Of a DNA stretch of 64,000 nucleotides, positions 59,701-64,000 are shown in pieces. Source of the DNA: Planctomycetia bacterium (GTDB lineage: Bacteria; Planctomycetota; Phycisphaerae; UBA1845; UTPLA1); contig CP054187.1 of the NCBI GenBank assembly GCA_015200345.1, positions 416,470 to 480,469 of the forward strand, written 5' to 3'. The notes beneath the pieces were generated by a model. The model searched no databases. It was given only the letters and a program-made list of their open reading frames with translations, and was not told the origin of the DNA. Position 1 is the first letter of the stretch. Every line of letters starts with the position of its first letter. The position numbers were made by a program, and so were the translations under genes.

Positions 59701-61278
59701 CCCCGGCGCCGACAGGTCCGGCTTCATCCGATCGTCGTCGGCCGGACCCCAGCTTGTGAAGCTCGTCACGCTGTCATCGTTCGAGTTCAGCGCGCCGACC
59801 GTAATGTGATTCTTGGCGCAGGCCGGCGGGGCCGTCGTGCGGTACGTCGTGCCGCAGCGCCCGCTGCTTCGCTCGTTGCCGTTGGCCCAGACCACGCGGA
59901 TCGGCTGGCCCAGGCTGCCGCGGACCATCGAGTCGATCAGGATGTCCATCGCGCCGTAGTCGCCTTCCCAGGCGCAGTTGAAGCCGTTGGGCGCGGTGTT
60001 CGTGCCGATCGAATTGTTCGAGATGACCGCACCGGCCACGTTGAACGCGTTGGTGTAGTCCACCAGCGCGTCACCCGGATCGGTGTAAAGGAACCCCGCG
60101 GACAAGCTCGGGCAGGTCGTGCCCGTCGCGCTCTGCTGGAATCCGTAGCTGACGATGTCCACCCCCGGTGCCATGCCCTTGTTGTTCGCGTTCGCCACCC
60201 CCGCCCCGCCGATCGTCCCGGACACGTGCGTCGCGTGGTCGCTCACCGTGCTGCAAGCCGGCTCGCTCGCCCCGATCACCCCCCGACCCTGGAAGTCCTG
60301 GTGCGTCGTCCGAATCTTCCCCCCGTCATACACCATCACCTTCACCCCCGCCCCGGTCAGGTTGTACGGCGCGGCCTGAACGATGTTCGCTCCCGTCCGC
60401 ACGCGGTTCTCCGCGTTCAACTCGCCCATCGGCGGAAGCGGCGGCTCGATCCACTGCACCGAATCCTCCAGACCCAGAACCTTCAGATTCGCGTACGGCA
60501 GCTCCACCACCAGGCCGTTGATCGTGTACAGGTACGACATCACGCGGCCATCCAGCTCGTGGATCTTCGCCACGCCGTCTTCCAGCGACACGTCGGGATG
60601 GAAGATCACGTACGCCGCCACGAACGGATCCTTCAGGTCGTCTTCCGTCGCCGCCCACAGCCTGCCGGCATCGCCCAGGGCCGGGGACTCGTCCCCTTCG
60701 CCCTTCAGCTTCACCACACCGTCCCGCGGCACGACCGACCACGGCACGATCTCCCCGGCCGCCAGATCGGGATGCAGCTTGGCTTCGAGATGGATCGGCG
60801 CAACGCGCGAAAAACCCGGTACCTGTGCCGCCAACTCGGCATTCAGCTTCGAGCCATCCACGTGCGCGAAGTACGCATTGTCGCCGAGGTAACTCTGCAA
60901 CGTCAGGCCCCCGGCCGTCAACTGCTCGCGCATCGCACGCGTCACCGGGGTCTCGAACTGCACGATCACGTGCGCCGAACCCGCCGCGTTCGCTTGCGCC
61001 GCCGCCGCGCCCGCCTGCGATGAACCCGCGCCCGCCTGACCGGACCCCTCGCCCGCCTTAACCGCGCCGGTGCTCTGCATGCCTTCCGTCGCCGACACGC
61101 CTGCCAGCTCCAGCAGCTTCGCCTTCACCTGCTCGACGCTCTGCCGCGGCAGCGTCTGCGTCCCCGTCCGCCAGCGAATCACCGGCTCCGCCGCCTGGAC
61201 CCGGCCCCAGCCGACGAGACAAATAAGACAAAAGACTATATAAAACGACCACAATCCGGCGCGGCGATGTTCTGACAT
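56713..61278 (-). CDS. Very large secreted subtilisin-like (S8) serine protease with Ig-like/MAM-like modules and C-terminal dockerin-like tail
   Basis: Signal/anchor MSEHRRAGLWSFYIVFCLICLVGWGRVQA. S8 triad blocks VKVMVYDGG (Asp), DHATHVSGTIGG (His), GTSMASPTVCG (Ser). Many beta-rich modules. The C-terminus has two Ca-binding-like repeats, GDVNQNTLVDGGDIGDFIRVLL and ADVSANGTVELADVDPFVQLL. Confidence 0.85.
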   Translation of the reverse strand: MSEHRRAGLWSFYIVFCLICLVGWGRVQAAEPVIRWRTGTQTLPRQSVEQVKAKLLELAGVSATEGMQSTGAVKAGEGSGQAGAGSSQAGAAAAQANAAGSAHVIVQFETPVTRAMREQLTAGGLTLQSYLGDNAYFAHVDGSKLNAELAAQVPGFSRVAPIHLEAKLHPDLAAGEIVPWSVVPRDGVVKLKGEGDESPALGDAGRLWAATEDDLKDPFVAAYVIFHPDVSLEDGVAKIHELDGRVMSYLYTINGLVVELPYANLKVLGLEDSVQWIEPPLPPMGELNAENRVRTGANIVQAAPYNLTGAGVKVMVYDGGKIRTTHQDFQGRGVIGASEPACSTVSDHATHVSGTIGGAGVANANNKGMAPGVDIVSYGFQQSATGTTCPSLSAGFLYTDPGDALVDYTNAFNVAGAVISNNSIGTNTAPNGFNCAWEGDYGAMDILIDSMVRGSLGQPIRVVWANGNERSSGRCGTTYRTTAPPACAKNHITVGALNSNDDSVTSFTSWGPADDDRMKPDLSAPGCQVGGDAGVTSCGSASDTAYTSKCGTSMASPTVCGLSALLLQDYRAQFPGNPDFRNSTLKILLAHTAVDLFNPGPDYQTGYGSVRIQPAVDFMRTGNFLENTVSGTGETFQAVVIVSPLDTQLKVTLAWDDVPGTANTIPELVNDLDLRVFDASNTQYYPWTLGGIANPAAPAVRTQRNSVDNIEQVVIDAPAPGAYRVEVHGFNVPQGPQPFSLCASPLLVNCSSQGTMSLDRTKYACASTATLRVVDCDLNTDDGSVQTVNVSIASTTEPGGETVTLTETAAESATFVGSINLATSDSAGVLHIANGDTVTATYVDADDGNGGFNVNVTANATVDCSPPVISNVQVINIGARTATVTFTTDEAAQGAVRWGTSCGALTNTVPGAGTPTSHSIDLTMLNPSSTYYFAVDASDLAGNAGSDDNGGSCYTFNTPQIPNLFTEIFESGDNDLDNRTILFVPNGSIDFYSACSYPNTSFPTDPAGGTPVTLSDDGTIQVTLTGGSTVKLYGASYGSYFLNSNGNLTFTASDGTYTESLTAHFNRPRISALFDDLNPSQGGTISHKQLADRAVVTYQNVPEHNAGGANSFQIEMYFDGRIQITWLAISATDGLAGLSGSTSLSPDFFEDDLSAHGACGPRPPSAANGVATTAMNTSVLVTLLASDDGLPDPPAALDYIITSLPTNGTLSDPNAGAIAAVPYTLASGGNIVNYQPMSWFNGLDSLQFQANDGGVAPDGGASNTATVTITVGGPQPVHVFNLDTDPGWIGDAGPGGSGPNGNGWAWGVPNNSGGSCGTGRANPTSGFTGSNVYGYNLIGCYTNNLTPTRWLTTTAIDCSNITQVQLRFKRWLGIESATFDKAYIEVSTNGTTWTPVWTHSGGSFTEQAWTSQSYDVPAADNQPTVYIRWGMGVTDSSVTYQGWNIDDVEIWGLVPSPCLGTTPGDVNQNTLVDGGDIGDFIRVLLDPPSATPAERCAADVSANGTVELADVDPFVQLLVGP

Positions 61279-61484
61279 GTGAAAAACCCTGTTAAAAGGA
61301 CCCCACTCCTCCACTGGAGGCTCGGGCGATTTGAACACCAAGCCGCCCGTTATCGTTAAACCTCATCGTACCACAACTGTCCCTGACTCCAAAAGCGAAA
61401 TCGCCTCCGCAGCCCATAAAAATCTCCATCCCCCCGGCGCTTCATTCTTGTTCTTCGACCCTGCGGCCCTTAGATTGCCTGCAA

Positions 61485-62273
61485 ATGAGCGTTTCCAAGC
61501 CTGCCAGCGCTATTTTCGCTCGATCACTCGGTGATGGGCCCCCGATTCTGTTTGTCCACGGATTCCCCCTCACCGGCGACATGTGGCTCCATGTCGCGGA
61601 GGCGCTCAAGGAACGATACCTGTCCGTGATTCCCGATCTGCGAGGGCACGGCCGTACGCCGCCCCATTCGCAGGTGTCAATGGCCAGCTTTGCTGATGAC
61701 CTCGCCGCCTTGCTGGATCATGTAAGAATCTGGGAACCGATCGTCCTCGTCGGCTTGTCCATGGGCGGCATGATCGGGTTCGAGTTCTTCCGGCGGTATC
61801 GGCCGCGCGTTCGCGCCCTGGTTCTGTGCGACACGCGCGCGATCGCCGACCCCCCTGACGCGGCTGCGCGACGGGAAGAATTGGCGCGAAAGGTGCTTGC
61901 GGAGGGAAGCCACGTCGCGGCCGATGCGATGGTGCCGAAACTTTTCGCGCCCTCCACGCCGCAGGCGATTCGCGACAGATGGCACGCGATCATGTCCGCC
62001 AACCCGCCCGAAGGAGTGGCGGCGGCGGCGCGCGCTTTGGCGCATCGTCCCGACTCCACGGCGACGCTGGCGACGATCAACTGCCCCACGCTGTACGTCT
62101 GCGGCGAATTCGACGAATTGACCCCGCCGGACATGATGCGCGACCTGCACCTCGCCACGCCCGGATCACAATTTGTCCTGATTCCCCGCGCCGGCCACAT
62201 GCCGCCGGTCGAGCAGCCCGAAGCCTTCAACCAGGCGCTGGCCGGTTTCGTCGATTCGCTGCCACTGATTTGA
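61485..62273 (+). CDS. Alpha/beta-fold hydrolase
   Basis: ILFVHGFPLTGDMW, nucleophile elbow GLSMGGMIG, and C-terminal GHMPPVEQPEAF. Confidence 0.85.
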   Translation: MSVSKPASAIFARSLGDGPPILFVHGFPLTGDMWLHVAEALKERYLSVIPDLRGHGRTPPHSQVSMASFADDLAALLDHVRIWEPIVLVGLSMGGMIGFEFFRRYRPRVRALVLCDTRAIADPPDAAARREELARKVLAEGSHVAADAMVPKLFAPSTPQAIRDRWHAIMSANPPEGVAAAARALAHRPDSTATLATINCPTLYVCGEFDELTPPDMMRDLHLATPGSQFVLIPRAGHMPPVEQPEAFNQALAGFVDSLPLI

Positions 62274-62289
62274 CACTTTCCGCGTCTTT

Positions 62290-62850
62290 TCAATCCACCG
62301 CGAGGTGTGCTTTCATCGCATCGAGTGCCTTGCCCCAGAACGCCTTCATCTTCGCGGCCGTCTTCGCGTCGGGCAGCTTGTCGTGCTCCACGGCGACCAT
62401 GCTCTTGGCCGCGCCCTTCGCGTAGAAGTTCACATCCACCCGTGTGTCGTCGGCGTCCCACACGATTCGCATCGACTTGTTCTTCGTCGCCTTGCGAACC
62501 GTGAGCCGCGCCTTGCCCAGCCAGCGCGCCCGCGCCCTGGCGTCGTGGAACGCGTCGAACACGCGTCCCACCGGCACCGCCAGCGTGCGACTCGCGCTCA
62601 CCGAGAACCCGCCCGGCTTCTGGTGCTTGGCCCGCAGGCCCCTCGCCTGTTCGTACCCCACCGTGACCATCTGCCCCCACCACGGACCGACCTTGTGCTT
62701 GCTGTGCAACACAGCCACGATCTGCTTGTGGTCCATCTTCCGACAGCCGGCCTTGTCCAGCGCGGCGATCCACTGGTCCCACGTCTTGCCGGTGGCCTTC
62801 TTCACGGCCTCGTCGCCGACGCCGAGTTGCGGTTTGCGGTTTGTCGCCAT
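62290..62850 (-). CDS. Two-domain protein: DUF4287-like N-terminus + SRPBCC/AHSA1-like C-terminus
   Basis: KKATGKTWDQWIAALDKAGCRKMDHKQIVAVL...WWGQMVTVGYEQARG, then FSVSASRTLAVPVGRVFDAF...WL. The start is set at ATG 62850. The family names are impressions only. Confidence 0.55.
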   Translation of the reverse strand: MATNRKPQLGVGDEAVKKATGKTWDQWIAALDKAGCRKMDHKQIVAVLHSKHKVGPWWGQMVTVGYEQARGLRAKHQKPGGFSVSASRTLAVPVGRVFDAFHDARARARWLGKARLTVRKATKNKSMRIVWDADDTRVDVNFYAKGAAKSMVAVEHDKLPDAKTAAKMKAFWGKALDAMKAHLAVD

Positions 62851-63109
62851 GTGCGCCTCCCATCCAAGGACTTCGCGGGCCGGCTCGGCCGGTCGCGGAG
62901 ATGGGGATTGTCGGGGATGTTTAGCGAAACTCAAACCGCGCCGGATTGACCAAGCCGCGCATACCCGACCTTAACGTTGCGAAGAATTGTCAAGGGTGAA
63001 GAAATGGGTTCGCGCCGGTCCGAACCGCTGCAGTTCCGCCACAGCGGCTCTTCGACATGCTGCGGAATCCATTCGAGCCGTCCTGCCGTGTCGAGTTCGA
63101 TCCGCGGCG

Positions 63110-64000
63110 TCACATCTTCAGCGCCGCAACGAAGGCGGATACGTCGGCCCCGTTCACGTCGCCGTCGGCGGTCAGGTCGGCGAGGTAACGCTGGCAGTCG
63201 GTCGCAGCGGCCGGGGCGAGCAACACACTGACAAACGTCGCGATATCGGCCGCGCTGACCGCCTGATCGCAGTCCATGTCCCCGCGCGGGCATTCGGGCC
63301 GCCACCGCGCCCAGAAGCCCGACACCTTCCCGCCCGCCTTGATAAACTGCCCGCCCGCAATGAGCTCATTCCGAAAATTGGTCAGGGCATTGACCTTGTT
63401 GTAATCGACCCCCTCTCCAAGCGGACTCCACACGCCGTCGCGCCATCGCGCGATGAAATTAAAACCTGTGGGCAGACCAGGATTATCAAGAAAGTATCCA
63501 CCGGCGATGAGATCGCCGTTGTAACTGGCCAGCGACCAAACAGTCACCGGGTTGCCGGCGTTCAGATCGATCCACGTTGATCCATTCCACCGCGCGAGAC
63601 CGATGCTGCGAAGACCTCCAGCCGTTGAAAAGCCGCCTCCGGCGAACAATTGCCCCTGATGCGAACAAAGTGCCACAACGCCGTCATTCATCCCGGCGCC
63701 GATTGGCTCCCAGGTCGCGCCATCCAGGCGAGCGATCCGATTCACCGCCACACCGCCGGCCGTCGTGAAGAATCCGCCGGCGACCAGCTTCCCATCGTGA
63801 ACGGTCATGCAGACCACGCTCGCCTGGTCGAAGCCGCTGCCGACTGGGTGCCATTCTCTACCATCCCAGCGGGCGATGAAGTTCGCAGGCACGCCGCCGG
63901 CCTTGGTGAAGTTGCCGCCGGCGTACAGGCTCCCCTGATGCACGCACAGGGCGAAGGCGCTGGGCGGCGCGCCGTTCCCGGGTGGCGGATCACTCAATCC
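63110..64000 (-). CDS. Repeat (beta-propeller-like) protein with C-terminal dockerin-like tail; 5' end beyond window
   Basis: At least 5 tandem ~47-aa repeats (xLYAGGNFTKAGGVPANFIARWDGREWHPVGSG, KLVAGGFFTTAGGVAVNRIARLDGATWEPIGAG, QLFAGGGFSTAGGLRSIGLARWNGSTWIDLNAG, ...). C-terminus DMDCDQAVSAADIATFVSVLL ... ADLTADGDVNGADVSAFVAAL. The frame is open to the window edge and starts mid-repeat. Confidence 0.75.
   Translation of the reverse strand, partial: GLSDPPPGNGAPPSAFALCVHQGSLYAGGNFTKAGGVPANFIARWDGREWHPVGSGFDQASVVCMTVHDGKLVAGGFFTTAGGVAVNRIARLDGATWEPIGAGMNDGVVALCSHQGQLFAGGGFSTAGGLRSIGLARWNGSTWIDLNAGNPVTVWSLASYNGDLIAGGYFLDNPGLPTGFNFIARWRDGVWSPLGEGVDYNKVNALTNFRNELIAGGQFIKAGGKVSGFWARWRPECPRGDMDCDQAVSAADIATFVSVLLAPAAATDCQRYLADLTADGDVNGADVSAFVAALKM

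Noticed and set aside
58525-61023. 832-aa ORF on the plus strand
   Set aside because: It is antisense to the S8 protease gene, whose catalytic-triad motifs are unambiguous. The product is extremely Arg-rich nonsense.

Overview
High-GC (about 63-65%) bacterial chromosomal window. By inference it is from a Planctomycetota, Phycisphaerae-like genome. The basis is a DUF1559/H-X9-DG prepilin-like protein, PEP-CTERM and IPTLxxWG-CTERM sorting signals, dockerin-like C-terminal tails and the presence of mreB.

Most of the window is housekeeping or envelope genes:
- Metabolism: gpsA, rocD-like ornithine aminotransferase, pyrG, rlmN, mreB, purH, a Mog/MoaB-type gene.
- Phosphate cluster: PhoR/PhoB-like two-component pair, DUF47/PhoU-like protein and a PiT transporter.
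- Transport: two ABC systems.
- Other: rhomboid protease, GT2 and ArnT/PMT-like glycosyltransferases, M28 peptidase, GGDEF cyclase, a 1005-aa BatA/vWA protein and a roughly 1520-aa secreted S8 protease.
- Three tRNAs: Arg-CCG, His-GUG, Cys-GCA.

The long ORFs that lie antisense to real genes are treated as high-GC artefacts.

Most notable observations:
1. A complete REP-RAYT-REP unit (HUH/Y1 transposase flanked by inverted 26-nt palindromes) lies in frame inside purH. It sits at a loop that is only a few residues long in characterised PurH proteins. The same palindrome recurs in intergenic DNA at about 13.4 and 14.1 kb.
2. A compact exosortase-H-type locus has a single IPTLxxWG-CTERM cargo gene next to tRNA-Arg.
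3. A HlyD/ABC/FtsX/FtsX exporter operon is bracketed by two secreted cysteine-rich proteins, one carrying four CC doublets.
4. An IS1380-family element has 21-bp inverted repeats and a frameshifted transposase.
5. An MreC-like coiled-coil protein and a 49-aa membrane micro-ORF lie upstream of mreB.

All functional calls come from motif recognition by eye. No searches were run.
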